Numbered from the stretch's first letter, positions 9,701 to 18,971 are shown. The stretch is 32,000 nt of DNA from Desulfotalea psychrophila LSv54 (GCF_000025945.1 NC_006138.1:2400001-2432000); one strand, 5' to 3'. Made by a program: numbers and translations. The notes: generated from the sequence alone by a model not told the origin.

Positions 9701-12700
9701 TGGAGTTACAGTGCCACCATCGCCGATGGCACCACCTACCAGCTTAAGGTCAAAGAGACCGATGCCGCCGGCAATGAAAGTGCGGCCACCACCGACTTTG
9801 TCGTTGCAGGAGATACCTTCGCCCCGACAGCCAGTATTGATTTGGCCCTCCATACCGTTCAACTGGAAGCAATTGACAATCTCAGGGGCGATGACCACGC
9901 CCCTCAGGTCAGCGCTGTCGGTAACGCCGGTGAGTTTGTCGTCACCTGGCAGGGGCAGGATAGCGGGGGTGACACCAGCATTTTTGTGCAGAAATTCAAT
10001 GTCGATGGCAAGACCACGGGAGCCCCGGCACAACTGGAGGCGATTGGCAAGGTCGGGGGCGATGACGAATGCCCTCAAGTCAGCGCCGTCGGTAGCGCCG
10101 GTGAGTTTGTGGTGACCTGGTATGGGCAGGATAGCGCGGATGACTCCAGCATTTTTGTGCAGAAATTCAATGCCGATGGTACGACCCTGGGTAATGCCTC
10201 GGTACAACTGGAAGCGATTGGCAATGCCCGTGGCGCTGACTACTTCCCTCAAGTCAGCGCCGTCGGAAGCGCCGGTGAGTTTGTGGTGACCTGGTATGGG
10301 CAGGATAGTGATAGCGCGAATGACTTCAGTATTTTTGTGCAGAAATTCAATGCCGATGGCACGACCCTAGGTAATGCCCCGGTACAACTGGAAGCGATTG
10401 GCAAGGCCAGAGGCGCTGACGGCTACCCTCAAATCAGCGCCGTCGGTAGCGCCGGTGACTTTGTGGTGACCTGGCAGGGGCAGGATAGCGCGAATGACCC
10501 CAGCATTTTTGTCCAGAAGTTCAATGCCGATGGCAGGACCACGGGAGACCCGGTACAGTTGGAGGCGATTGGCAATGCCCGTGGCGCTGACTACTTCCCT
10601 CAAGTCAGCGCCGTCGGTAACGCCGGTGAGTTTGTAGTCACCTGGATGGGGAAGGATAGCGCGAATGACTTCAGTATTTTTGTGCAGAAATTCAATGCCG
10701 ATGGCACGACCCTGGGTAATGCCCCGGTACAACTGGAAGCGATTGGCAAGGCCAGAGGCGCTGACCACTACCCTCAAATCAGCGCCGTCGGTAGCGCCGG
10801 TGACTTTGTGGTGACCTGGCAGGGGAGTGATAGCGAGGGTGACTTCAGCATTTTTGTGCAGAAATTCAATGCTGGTGGCACGACCCTGAATAATGACCCG
10901 GTACAACTGGAAGCGATTGGCAAGGTCGGGGGCACGGACAGCAACCCTCAAATCAGCGCCGTCGGTAGCGACGGAGAGTTTGTGGTGACCTGGTATGGGC
11001 AGGATAGCGCGAATGACTTCAGTATTTTTGTGCAGAAATTCAATGCCGATGGCAGGACCACGGGAGACCCGGTACAACTGGAGGCGATTGGTAATCCCAG
11101 CGGCGCTGACTACATTCCTCAAATCAGCACCGTCGGTAGCGCCGGTGACTTTGTGGTGACCTGGCAGGGGAGTGATAGCGAGGGTGACGACAGCGTTTTT
11201 GTGCAGAAATTCAATGCCGATGGCACCCTGAATATGCCGCCCATCTTTACTGCGAGTGATAGCGTCCCAGTACAAAGCAGCGAAGTCGGCACGGCTTATC
11301 TGGTAAGTACCGATGTCACGGTCACCGACGTGGCCAGCATTACGGCTGCGGCAGATGGTCAGTGGAATCAGGTGGCAATTACAACGGCAGGCACCAACAC
11401 CGGTATGGCCACCACTGGGCTGGCTGATGGGATCTATTTTGTTTACAGTGCCGATGCCGCAGGCAACCTGTCGGCTGCGGCAGGCACCACAGTGACCATC
11501 GACAACACCGCCCCGACCGTATTGATCACCGACAATACCGACGGTACCGCCAACGGTCCTGTTACCTACACCTTTACCTTCAGCGAGGCGGTGACAGGTT
11601 TTACCGTTGAAGATGTGGTCGTGACCGGCGGAATTAAGGGCGCACTCACCGGCAGCGGCACGACCTATAATCTGGTCGTGACCCCTGACAGCTCGAGCAC
11701 CGCCGATATCGTCGTGAATGTGGCGGCCGATGTCGCGCAGGATGTGGCCGGTAATAACAATACCATTGCCGCCGAAAGTACCCAGTCCGTCGATACCGTC
11801 ATCCCAACCGTAGCTATCACCGACAATACCGACGGTACCACCACTGGGGATGTAACCTACACCTTTACCTTCAGCGAGGCGGTGACCGGTTTTGCCGCCA
11901 CTGATGTGGTCGTGACCGGCGGAACCAAGGGTGCACTCACCGGCAGCGGCACGACCTATAATCTGGTCGTGACCCCTGACAGCTCGAGTACCACCGATAT
12001 CGTCGTGAATGTGGCGGCGGATGTCGCGCAGGATGTGGCCGGCAATAACAATACCATTGCCGCCAAAAGTACCCAGTCCGTTGATACCGTCATCCCGACA
12101 GCCAGTATTGATTTGGTGACCCTCCCTGCCGTACAACTGGAAGCGATTGGCAAGGACGACGGCGGTGACTACTCCCCTCAAATAAGCGCCGTCGGTAGCG
12201 ACGGTGACTTTGTGGTCACTTGGGAAGGGCAGGAGAGTGCGGGGGAAGACAGCATTTTTGTCCAGAAATTCAATGCCGATGGCGTGACCACGGGAGTCCC
12301 GGTACAACTGGAGGCGATTGGCAATGCCACGGGCGATGACAGATGCCCTCAGGTCAGCGCCGTCGGCAGCGCCGGTGAGTTTGTGGTGACCTGGTATGGG
12401 CGGGATAGTGATAGCCCGGGTGACAATAGCATTTTTGTGCAGAAGTTCACTGCCAATGGCGTGATCACGGGAGACCCAGTACAACTGGAGGCGATTGGCA
12501 AAAAAGAGGGCAGTGACAACGCCCCTCAAGTCAGCGCCGTCGGTAGCGACGGTGACTTTGTGGTGACTTGGTTTGGGCAGGATAGCGCGAATAACATGAG
12601 CATTTTTGTGCAGAAATTCAATGCTGATGGCACGACCCCATCTCCGGTACAGCTGGAAGCGATTGGCAATACTACGGGCACGGACAACAACCCTCAAGTT

Positions 12701-14665
12701 AGCGCCATCGGTAGCGAAGGTGAGTTTGTGGTCACCTGGCAGGGGGATGATAGTGATAGCCCGAGTGACAAGAGCATTTTTGTCCAGAAATTCAATAATA
12801 AAGGCGCGATCCTGGGAGACCCGGTACAACTGGAAGCCATTGGCAATACTAAGGGCACGGACAGCCGCCCTCAAGTCAGCGCCGTCGGTAGCGACGGTGA
12901 CTTTGTGGTGACTTGGGATGGGCAGGATAGTGATAGCGCGAATGACAACAGCATTTTTGTGCAGAAATTCAATGCCGATGGTACGACCTCAACTCCGGTA
13001 CAACTGGAAGCCATTGGCAATAGTAAGGGCACGGACAGCCGCCCTCAAGTCAGCGCCGTCGGTAGCGACGGTGACTTTGTGGTGACTTGGGATGGGCAGG
13101 ATAGTAATAGCCCGACTGGCTACAGCATTTTTGTCCAGAAATTCAATGTCGATGGCGTGACCACGGGAATCCCGGTACAACTGGAAGCAATTGACATGGA
13201 CGGGGGCATTGATCTCTCTCCTCAAATTAGCGCCGTCGGTAGCGCCGGAGAGTTTGTCGTGACCTGGTCTGGGCAGGATAGCGCGACTGACTTCAGCATT
13301 TTTGTGCAGAAATTCAATGCCGATGGCGTGATCCTGGGAGACCCAGTACAACTGGAAGCGATTGGCAAGGACGGGGGCAAGGACAACAATCCTCAAATCA
13401 GCGCCGTCGGTAGCGCCGGAGAGTTTGTGGTGACCTGGCAGGGGCAGGATAGTGAGGGTGACAACAGCATTTTTGTGCAGAAGTTCAATGCCGATGGCAC
13501 CCTGAATATGCCGGCCATCTTTACTGCGAGTGATAGCGTCCTAGTACAGAGCAGCGAGGTCGGCACGGCTTATCTGGTAAGTACCGATGTCACGGTCACC
13601 GACGTGGCCAGCATTACGACTGCGACAGATGGTCAGTGGAATCAGGTGGCAATTACAACGGCAGACACCAACACCAATATGGCCACCACCGGGCTGGCTG
13701 ATGGGAGCTATTCTGTTTACAGTGTCGATGCCGCAGGCAACCTGTCGGCTGCGGCAGGCACCACAGTGACCATCGACAACACGGCCCCGACGCTACAGTC
13801 CAGCACCCCGACCGATGAGGCTACCGCTATCGCCCTGGACAGCAATATCGGCCTGACCTTCACTGAAAACGTTTCGCTGGGTAGCGGCGGCACCATCACC
13901 ATCACCGACGGCAACGACAGTCACGTGATCGACGTAAGCAACCCCTTAGGGCAACTCTCGATCACCGACAAGGTCCTCACCATCAACCCAACCGGAGACC
14001 TGGCCAATAATAGCGCCACCTACCATGTCGAAATCGGCGCAGGCGCTATCACCGACACGGCCGGTAACAACTATGCCGGAATAGCGGATTTAACTATCCT
14101 TAATTTTGACACCGAGGCAGCCGCGACTCCTGTCAACACTAATATTGTTGTATTCGATCTGGTTCATGGGGTGAGTTCTAGCCACGAGGGCGGGTACGGT
14201 GCGGCTGCGCGCGAGTTCAGCGACGACCCATCCGCCGCGTACACGATATACATTATGGTCGATTCCGATTCATCGGTATTAAACACCACCCCAACAGACG
14301 CCGCCGCAGGCGCTACCTGGGGCCAGTGGAACAATGCCGGGGCGTTAGGTGAAAATGACAGGATCGTGTTCGTCGGAGATGGAGCCCCTATCCAGCGGGC
14401 TGTCGGTAAGGTGGCAGATTCTGTGGCGGAGTATTCATATGCGATTCAGTTACAGGTGGATTGTGGGATTATGATGAGAGTAGCAAATGACGGGGAGGTG
14501 AAACGGTATACTGAAACGCATTTCACGATGTCGCATGGTATGTTGCCGGACTTTGATTTGTGGGGCGGTAAAGTTGGGAATATGGAGTTGGACGGTGGAT
14601 GCAAGGCAGATCTATACGCCGACGCTATTCCCGTGGGTATATTGACCAGCCAGGGGCTCGCATAA
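6773..14665 (+). CDS. Giant type I-secreted adhesin (2630 aa): BapA-like prefix domain, Gly-rich hydrophobic segment, cadherin-like domain, Ig-like repeats, two 8-unit VQLEAIG/FVVTW/IFVQKFN arrays, shared C-terminal module
   Basis: Long intact ORF. N-terminus MKRLILIEVLAGG...NLIIKRSGDNLDIEIDEEPIAQIEDFY then SPWVWAGGLLGAGGIAMAAGGGSS. Extensive internal repeats. Confidence 0.95.
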   Translation: MKRLILIEVLAGGEVVEHSLQSASFKAQAGATYTLLDQDHSIPDNLIIKRSGDNLDIEIDEEPIAQIEDFYGQDLGAIYSVDGSLTPAEGMAITGTETTTAGPTDEIVWQASEGAESISPWVWAGGLLGAGGIAMAAGGGSSDGSSLADKGSASHDVTVRAVAGPFLATSHALVEFYDDGGNQLGTGKFETNGQVKLSIGDYKGAILVKVIDNNEGAGDYLDEASGLSLSLGAPLRAMGYADGNGDVYISVTPLTELAARQAGITGNEVNEADLAVNDQIAELFAVEDILAPVVTVVDDAYDSSDEINETAEHYGEILAQLSGADKTSGGLTDTLDKLKDAITVQDGSLALSQEGVELLADGVDAFEDGINAGKADLGSSLIQPPLIEAARDGINAAEKDAGVVVKISGVEVGDRITLHWGEEILNILPTDIDDKGMGTVMVPASKIGDAGDGSIAVQYQINDGNKSPAVIIEVDTSAPTITSGDSATAIDENSVADQVIYTATSTDTTDTATGATVYSLKAGSDAGLTIDGSTGEVKLVISPNFEAKPSYSFTVVATDAAGNSSEQTVSLAITDLDEIAPTAPTLGTSNGTELSGVAEAGSSVTVYAADGTTVLGTTMADASSGAYTFSPNPLTDGKTGSVVTTDTAGNVSAVMEITAVDGTAPGAPTLGTSNGTELSGVAEAGSSVTVYAADGTTVLATTTADASSGAYSFSPNPLTDGKTGSVVTTDTAGNVSAVTEITAVDATAPGAPTLGISNGTELSGVAEAGSSVTVYAADGTTVLKTTTADASSGAYTFSPNPLTDGKTGSVVTTDSAGNVSAVTEITAVDATASGAPTLGTSNGTELSGVAEAGSSVTVYAADGTTVLGTTTADATSGAYSFSPNPLTDGKTGSVVTTDSAGNVSAVTEITAVDATAPTAKFGTATDNIGSVTGNLSSGDTTDDTVLALSGSCEAGSTIKVYSGTTELGDATVSGSSWSYSATIADGTTYQLKVKETDAAGNESAATTDFVVAGDTFAPTASIDLALHTVQLEAIDNLRGDDHAPQVSAVGNAGEFVVTWQGQDSGGDTSIFVQKFNVDGKTTGAPAQLEAIGKVGGDDECPQVSAVGSAGEFVVTWYGQDSADDSSIFVQKFNADGTTLGNASVQLEAIGNARGADYFPQVSAVGSAGEFVVTWYGQDSDSANDFSIFVQKFNADGTTLGNAPVQLEAIGKARGADGYPQISAVGSAGDFVVTWQGQDSANDPSIFVQKFNADGRTTGDPVQLEAIGNARGADYFPQVSAVGNAGEFVVTWMGKDSANDFSIFVQKFNADGTTLGNAPVQLEAIGKARGADHYPQISAVGSAGDFVVTWQGSDSEGDFSIFVQKFNAGGTTLNNDPVQLEAIGKVGGTDSNPQISAVGSDGEFVVTWYGQDSANDFSIFVQKFNADGRTTGDPVQLEAIGNPSGADYIPQISTVGSAGDFVVTWQGSDSEGDDSVFVQKFNADGTLNMPPIFTASDSVPVQSSEVGTAYLVSTDVTVTDVASITAAADGQWNQVAITTAGTNTGMATTGLADGIYFVYSADAAGNLSAAAGTTVTIDNTAPTVLITDNTDGTANGPVTYTFTFSEAVTGFTVEDVVVTGGIKGALTGSGTTYNLVVTPDSSSTADIVVNVAADVAQDVAGNNNTIAAESTQSVDTVIPTVAITDNTDGTTTGDVTYTFTFSEAVTGFAATDVVVTGGTKGALTGSGTTYNLVVTPDSSSTTDIVVNVAADVAQDVAGNNNTIAAKSTQSVDTVIPTASIDLVTLPAVQLEAIGKDDGGDYSPQISAVGSDGDFVVTWEGQESAGEDSIFVQKFNADGVTTGVPVQLEAIGNATGDDRCPQVSAVGSAGEFVVTWYGRDSDSPGDNSIFVQKFTANGVITGDPVQLEAIGKKEGSDNAPQVSAVGSDGDFVVTWFGQDSANNMSIFVQKFNADGTTPSPVQLEAIGNTTGTDNNPQVSAIGSEGEFVVTWQGDDSDSPSDKSIFVQKFNNKGAILGDPVQLEAIGNTKGTDSRPQVSAVGSDGDFVVTWDGQDSDSANDNSIFVQKFNADGTTSTPVQLEAIGNSKGTDSRPQVSAVGSDGDFVVTWDGQDSNSPTGYSIFVQKFNVDGVTTGIPVQLEAIDMDGGIDLSPQISAVGSAGEFVVTWSGQDSATDFSIFVQKFNADGVILGDPVQLEAIGKDGGKDNNPQISAVGSAGEFVVTWQGQDSEGDNSIFVQKFNADGTLNMPAIFTASDSVLVQSSEVGTAYLVSTDVTVTDVASITTATDGQWNQVAITTADTNTNMATTGLADGSYSVYSVDAAGNLSAAAGTTVTIDNTAPTLQSSTPTDEATAIALDSNIGLTFTENVSLGSGGTITITDGNDSHVIDVSNPLGQLSITDKVLTINPTGDLANNSATYHVEIGAGAITDTAGNNYAGIADLTILNFDTEAAATPVNTNIVVFDLVHGVSSSHEGGYGAAAREFSDDPSAAYTIYIMVDSDSSVLNTTPTDAAAGATWGQWNNAGALGENDRIVFVGDGAPIQRAVGKVADSVAEYSYAIQLQVDCGIMMRVANDGEVKRYTETHFTMSHGMLPDFDLWGGKVGNMELDGGCKADLYADAIPVGILTSQGLA
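8519..9526 (+). repeat. Four tandem 252-bp (84-aa) Big_6-type Ig-like repeats
   Basis: APTLG[TI]SNGTELSGVAEAGSSVTVYAADGTTVL recurs at 8519, 8771, 9023 and 9275. Confidence 0.95.
9857..11242 (+). repeat. Array A: eight ~57-60-aa units, consensus VQLEAIGNxxGxDxxPQ(V/I)SAVGSxGEFVVTWxGQDSxxxxSIFVQKFNADGxxxGxP
   Basis: Direct reading of translation. Unit lengths 57,58,60,57,58,58,57,57 = 462 aa. Confidence 0.95.
11516..12115 (+). repeat. Two tandem ~291-bp Ig-like domains (ITDNTDGT...VTYTFTFSEAVTGF...VVTGG..GALTGSGTTYNLVVTP)
   Basis: Near-identical protein segments offset by 291 bp (GACAATACC at 11531 and 11822). Confidence 0.9.
12131..13516 (+). repeat. Array B: eight further VQLEAIG units
   Basis: Same consensus as array A. 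Unit lengths 57,59,56,59,58,59,57,57 = 462 aa. Followed by the same IFTASDSV..VQSSEVGTAYLVSTDVTVTDVASIT domain as array A. Confidence 0.95.
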
Positions 14666-14940
14666 CATTACCGTTGTGGTACTAAGCCAGGCCACGCCCA
14701 GCTTCGCCAGCGCTCGGTATCTTCCATCATCCGTTGCTGTGTCTGCTCAGTTAAGAGACGCAGCTTTCGGGCTTGCTCGATTGAAAACTGTCCTGCGTTT
14801 TCGAAGTACTCGCCATCCCGGGAGGGCAAAAGCCGGTGGATACTGTGGTGGAAACGCAGGAGCAGAATCGGCCTTAGCCGGATTAAGATTGGCCGCCTTG
14901 AGCAGGGCAGCAATCAGGAATTTACATTTATGGTATTGAT

Positions 14941-17610
14941 TTGAATTATATAGATATACTTCGTCAGCTCGCAGATCAACAGCAGTTCACCCTGCTCCAT
15001 CTCAACGCCCAGCGCTATCTGCAGGAATCGGCTGATGTGCAGGCCCTGCCCCTGCTGGCCCTGGCCCTGGCCCATCTGGGCGAGCGCAGTGAAGCCGAAG
15101 CCGTACTGGCCCAGATCGAGGCCTGTCTGGCCGACCTCGATCTGGATGCGCGGGTGGATCTGGCCGCCGTCTACTGCCTGTTGTGGCGCTCTGCTGAAGC
15201 CGTAGCCCTGCTCGAAGCGGCCCTGGCCATGAGCGACGATCATTCCCTGGCCCTGGCGCGTCTTGCCTGGTGCCGCATGCAGGAGGGTAACAGGGCTGAG
15301 GCCTGCATTCTCTACCGACGATCTGCTGAGCTAATGCCGGATCGCCTGCCGGTCTGGAGCGCCCTGGCCCGACTTTATCTGGAGGCAGGCGATTATCCGC
15401 CGGCCCAACAGGCCCTGGAGATGGCCATCGGCCGCTTCGAGCTGCTGGCTGCCAACCTGCCTGAGGTCGTCGCCGCGACCTTTATGGCCCAGTTTCGTGG
15501 GCTGCAGTTGGAGATTTGGCTGAGCACGGATGCCCTGGCCCAGGCCGATGCCTGGCTGGCCGAGCGTCGCCAGACCCTCCCGGAGGAGGAGTGGACGCAG
15601 CTGATTCTTGGCTATTCTACCCTGCTGGCAGGGCAAGAACGCCATGCCGAGGCGGAAGAGAGCCTGGGCAATGCCCTTAAACACTATCCGCAAAACCTTG
15701 CCCTGATCTCGCAGCTGGCAGAACTGACCCAGCTTCAGGGGCGCACCATACAGACGGTGCAGTTACTGCGCCGGGCAATTCGACTGGCCAAAGATCAGGA
15801 TAAACCGGAGGTGGGTCTGTGGGTGCGGCTCTCCGCTGCCTGCCTGCAGCAGATGGAGGATCAGGCAGGCAAGGCCGCAGAGAGGGCGGTGGAACTGGCC
15901 GAGGCGATGGTGGAGACGGAGGCAGTGCCGTTGCAAATGATCCGCCAGTTGCGCCTGCAGGCAAAAAATGCCCGGGCCCAGGTGGAAAGTCAGGCCCAGC
16001 ATTTCGATGAGGCCGAAACCCTGTTCCGGGAAATCCTCGAAGAGAACCCCTGGTTTGTGCCGGCCCTGCAGGGTTTGGGCCAGCAGCAGATGCAGCGCGG
16101 CAACCTCGACGAGGCGGTGGCGCTGTTCGAACGGATCAAAGAGATCGACCCGGCCAGGGGTTACTCAGCGCTGATTAATGCCCGTCGGTTCCCTGACGAT
16201 GACGACAGCCTAAGGCGAATGGAAAAGGTCGCCCGCCAGCCGAGCCTTGAGGGACCGGTCCGTTCCGGCCTGCTTCTGCAATTGGCCTCTGCCTGGGAAA
16301 AACGTAAAGAGTTCGACAGGGCCTTCGCTCTGGCGGTGGAGGCCAACGATTCGAGCAAAAAGCGGCTGCGCTACGACCCTAGAGCCCATCGCAATCAGTG
16401 TGCCCGCATTCGGGCAGGATTCAGCAGGTCACTCTATGAGCATCGGCCGGCCTCTGGCCTTGATTCCACCCTGCCGGTTTACGTTCTGGGGATGCCTCGT
16501 TCCGGCACCACCCTGGTTGAGCAGATTCTCGCCGGTCATAGCCAGATCTTTGGCGCAGGTGAACTCGGGGTGATCCCTCAGGTGGTGCAGGGCCTCAACC
16601 GCTGGGAACGACATGTCGGTTCCGGCCGCCACTATCCCGACGCGGTCGACGATCTCACCCCTCATGCCAGGGCTGGCATTGCCAACAATGTCCTCAAAGA
16701 GCTCCGGGAATATGCCCCCGAGGCAAGGCATGTGGTGGATAAACTGCCCCATAACTTTGAAAATATCGGCCTGATCAAGTTTCTCTTTCCGCAGGCCAAA
16801 ATCATCTCGGTGCGTCGCGACCCACGCGATATTGCCATCTCCAATTATTTTACCGACTATCAGGCCAAACACGGCGGCATGGGTTTTGCCTATGATCTGA
16901 CCAGCATCGGTGAGCAACTGGCCGATCATAACCTGCTCATGCATCATTGGCACCAGATCTTCCCCGGTGAAATTCTGGAGATCAATTACGAGGATGTGGT
17001 CGATGATCTCGAAGGCAGCGCTCGGAGGATGCTTGACTATATTGGGGTCGAGTGGGAGCCTTCGGTACTCAAATTCAACGAGCTGGAGCGTACCGTCAAA
17101 ACCGCCAGCGTCTGGCAGGTGCGGCAACCGATCTACAAAACCTCCAAGGCCAGGTGGATGCGTTATCAGGACCATCTGGCGCCGCTGATTCAGGGAACCA
17201 ATGCCAAAATCTGTCCCGATCCGATAGGGGATATGATTACCCTGCCGTTGCCGGGATTCTTAACCGATGGTGTTGAACTGTACCGCCAGGACGATCTCGA
17301 TGGCGCTGAGTTGAGTTTTAAGAAGATGTTACACCACAACCCCGAACACGCTGCCTGCAACTATATGGTGGGGCTGGTCTACTGTCGCAAGGGACATGTC
17401 GGAGAGGCGAGTCCCCTCCTGGAAAAGGCCCTGGAAAAGGCCCCCTGGCATAGAGAGTGGCGGGAAAACCTCGAAAGGGCTTACAGGCTTGTTGGCGATC
17501 AGGATAAACTTTTAGAATTACAAAATCGTTACCTTAAAAAAGATAAGACAGGGGATTGGTCTGACGACGAGACCCTGGCAGATTTCGAAATGTTGTTTAA
17601 GCAAAATTAA
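14941..17610 (+). CDS. TPR-containing sulfotransferase (PAPS-dependent type), TPRs on both sides of the catalytic domain
   Basis: Multiple TPR-like repeats, then YVLGMPRSGTTLVEQILAGHSQIFGAGEL (5'-phosphosulfate-binding-type loop) and KIISVRRDPRDIAISNYF (3'-phosphate-binding-type motif), then C-terminal TPR-like repeats. Start codon as called is TTG and is uncertain. Confidence 0.88.
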   Translation: MNYIDILRQLADQQQFTLLHLNAQRYLQESADVQALPLLALALAHLGERSEAEAVLAQIEACLADLDLDARVDLAAVYCLLWRSAEAVALLEAALAMSDDHSLALARLAWCRMQEGNRAEACILYRRSAELMPDRLPVWSALARLYLEAGDYPPAQQALEMAIGRFELLAANLPEVVAATFMAQFRGLQLEIWLSTDALAQADAWLAERRQTLPEEEWTQLILGYSTLLAGQERHAEAEESLGNALKHYPQNLALISQLAELTQLQGRTIQTVQLLRRAIRLAKDQDKPEVGLWVRLSAACLQQMEDQAGKAAERAVELAEAMVETEAVPLQMIRQLRLQAKNARAQVESQAQHFDEAETLFREILEENPWFVPALQGLGQQQMQRGNLDEAVALFERIKEIDPARGYSALINARRFPDDDDSLRRMEKVARQPSLEGPVRSGLLLQLASAWEKRKEFDRAFALAVEANDSSKKRLRYDPRAHRNQCARIRAGFSRSLYEHRPASGLDSTLPVYVLGMPRSGTTLVEQILAGHSQIFGAGELGVIPQVVQGLNRWERHVGSGRHYPDAVDDLTPHARAGIANNVLKELREYAPEARHVVDKLPHNFENIGLIKFLFPQAKIISVRRDPRDIAISNYFTDYQAKHGGMGFAYDLTSIGEQLADHNLLMHHWHQIFPGEILEINYEDVVDDLEGSARRMLDYIGVEWEPSVLKFNELERTVKTASVWQVRQPIYKTSKARWMRYQDHLAPLIQGTNAKICPDPIGDMITLPLPGFLTDGVELYRQDDLDGAELSFKKMLHHNPEHAACNYMVGLVYCRKGHVGEASPLLEKALEKAPWHREWRENLERAYRLVGDQDKLLELQNRYLKKDKTGDWSDDETLADFEMLFKQN

Positions 17611-17630
17611 TTTTAACGTAGTGAATAGAT

Positions 17631-18971
17631 ATGAATCTTCAGCGCCGGCCTCATTTTTGTAGGGCCATTTTGTTATTTTCTCTCTGCACCTCCATCCTGC
17701 TCTCGCCACTGTTTTTTAGGCAGCGCTGTTATGCAGACACACAGACCCTGGCGGAAAGCGATGCCCTGACAGTTGGAGCGAAGGAGCAAGCGGTGGTGGG
17801 TTTAGCTGCTGCCCTACAGGCCACCATGAGTTACAATCCGGCAATAAAGGGGAAACGCGCCGAGCTCAACTCGTATGAGGCTAGAATCGACGGTGCCAAG
17901 GCGGGGCGATATCCATCTCTTTCTGCTCAGGCCAATAATGTTAATAATTACCTGGGCCAGTATGAACAGGGCATAGTGAGTATCCAGCAACCTCTGTGGG
18001 CTTTTGGGAAAATAGATAACGAGATTGACCGGGCAGAGGCCAACTATCACTCTGAGCAACTTGGACTATTACAGGTACAGCGGCAACTCATTGAAAATAC
18101 AGCTGCGGCCTACGCCCGTATAGAGGGAATCGAGAAGCGCGCCACAGTGGCTCGGCTGAATATCAGAGAGCACGAAAAACTTTATAATCGAATTAAACGA
18201 CGCGAAGAAGGCCACATGGCTTCCGAGGCTGATATGCGCCTGGCATACTCTCGTCTTATTCAGGCCAAGACCCAATTGATGCGTATTGGCGGTGAAAGAG
18301 ATATCGCCATTTCTAATCTACGCTTATTGACTCAAGCCGATGTTGCCGTTGATGCCGTTGTTGATAAAGATCTGACAGAATTACCGATGATAGCCGAGGT
18401 TGAAGATCGGGCCATAAAAAACAGTGCTGATGTCAGATACAAGAAGATGCGTTTAGACGTGGTTGCCTATGATGTCAAAAGAGAGAAAATCGCCTCGCTA
18501 CCAACCCTGTCTTGCCGGGTTGACTACGAATTTCTCGATAAACCGGAAAGCGGCGATAGAACCAGTTATGGCCTGGTACTCGAAGGCAATTTAGAAGGTA
18601 TGGGCTTTACCACTATTAGCCGGGTAAAAGGTGCCACATCCCGCGAAATAGCTGCACGGGAAGATGTGGACCTTACCACCAATGATGTGCTTAATCGGGT
18701 CCGTTCTCTGATGCTCGATCGCGCCATGCAGAGCTCTCTGAAAAATGCTCAAAGGGAATCGGTGCAGATTGTTGAATCAACCATGGCCTCCTTTATGCGG
18801 CAGTATGAATCGGGGCGAAAATCGTGGATTGATGTACTCAATACCCAACGTGAACTCACTGAATTGCGCTATCAGTTGGCCCAAATAGAAAATGATTGGC
18901 TCACCTCATCCCTACGCGTTTTGGCCGTGACGGGTGAGCTTGATCAACTGGCAGGAATTGAATCTCTATGA
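17631..18971 (+). CDS. TolC-family outer-membrane channel protein of a type I secretion system
   Basis: N-terminal signal-like segment, AALQATMSYNPAIKGKRAELNSYEARIDGAKAGRYPSLSAQ, long coiled-coil pattern, and position next to the ABC exporter and HlyD genes. Confidence 0.87.
   Translation: MNLQRRPHFCRAILLFSLCTSILLSPLFFRQRCYADTQTLAESDALTVGAKEQAVVGLAAALQATMSYNPAIKGKRAELNSYEARIDGAKAGRYPSLSAQANNVNNYLGQYEQGIVSIQQPLWAFGKIDNEIDRAEANYHSEQLGLLQVQRQLIENTAAAYARIEGIEKRATVARLNIREHEKLYNRIKRREEGHMASEADMRLAYSRLIQAKTQLMRIGGERDIAISNLRLLTQADVAVDAVVDKDLTELPMIAEVEDRAIKNSADVRYKKMRLDVVAYDVKREKIASLPTLSCRVDYEFLDKPESGDRTSYGLVLEGNLEGMGFTTISRVKGATSREIAAREDVDLTTNDVLNRVRSLMLDRAMQSSLKNAQRESVQIVESTMASFMRQYESGRKSWIDVLNTQRELTELRYQLAQIENDWLTSSLRVLAVTGELDQLAGIESL

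Noticed and set aside
10367-12874. 835-aa minus-strand ORF (and others such as 9575-10252, 12989-13396, 2731-3471) with clear internal repeats
   Set aside because: These are mirror translations of the tandem repeats in the plus-strand adhesins. The plus-strand frames have recognisable domains and full-length continuity.
15331-16358. Antisense ORFs within the TPR-sulfotransferase gene
   Set aside because: They overlap a long, domain-rich plus-strand ORF and have no features of their own.
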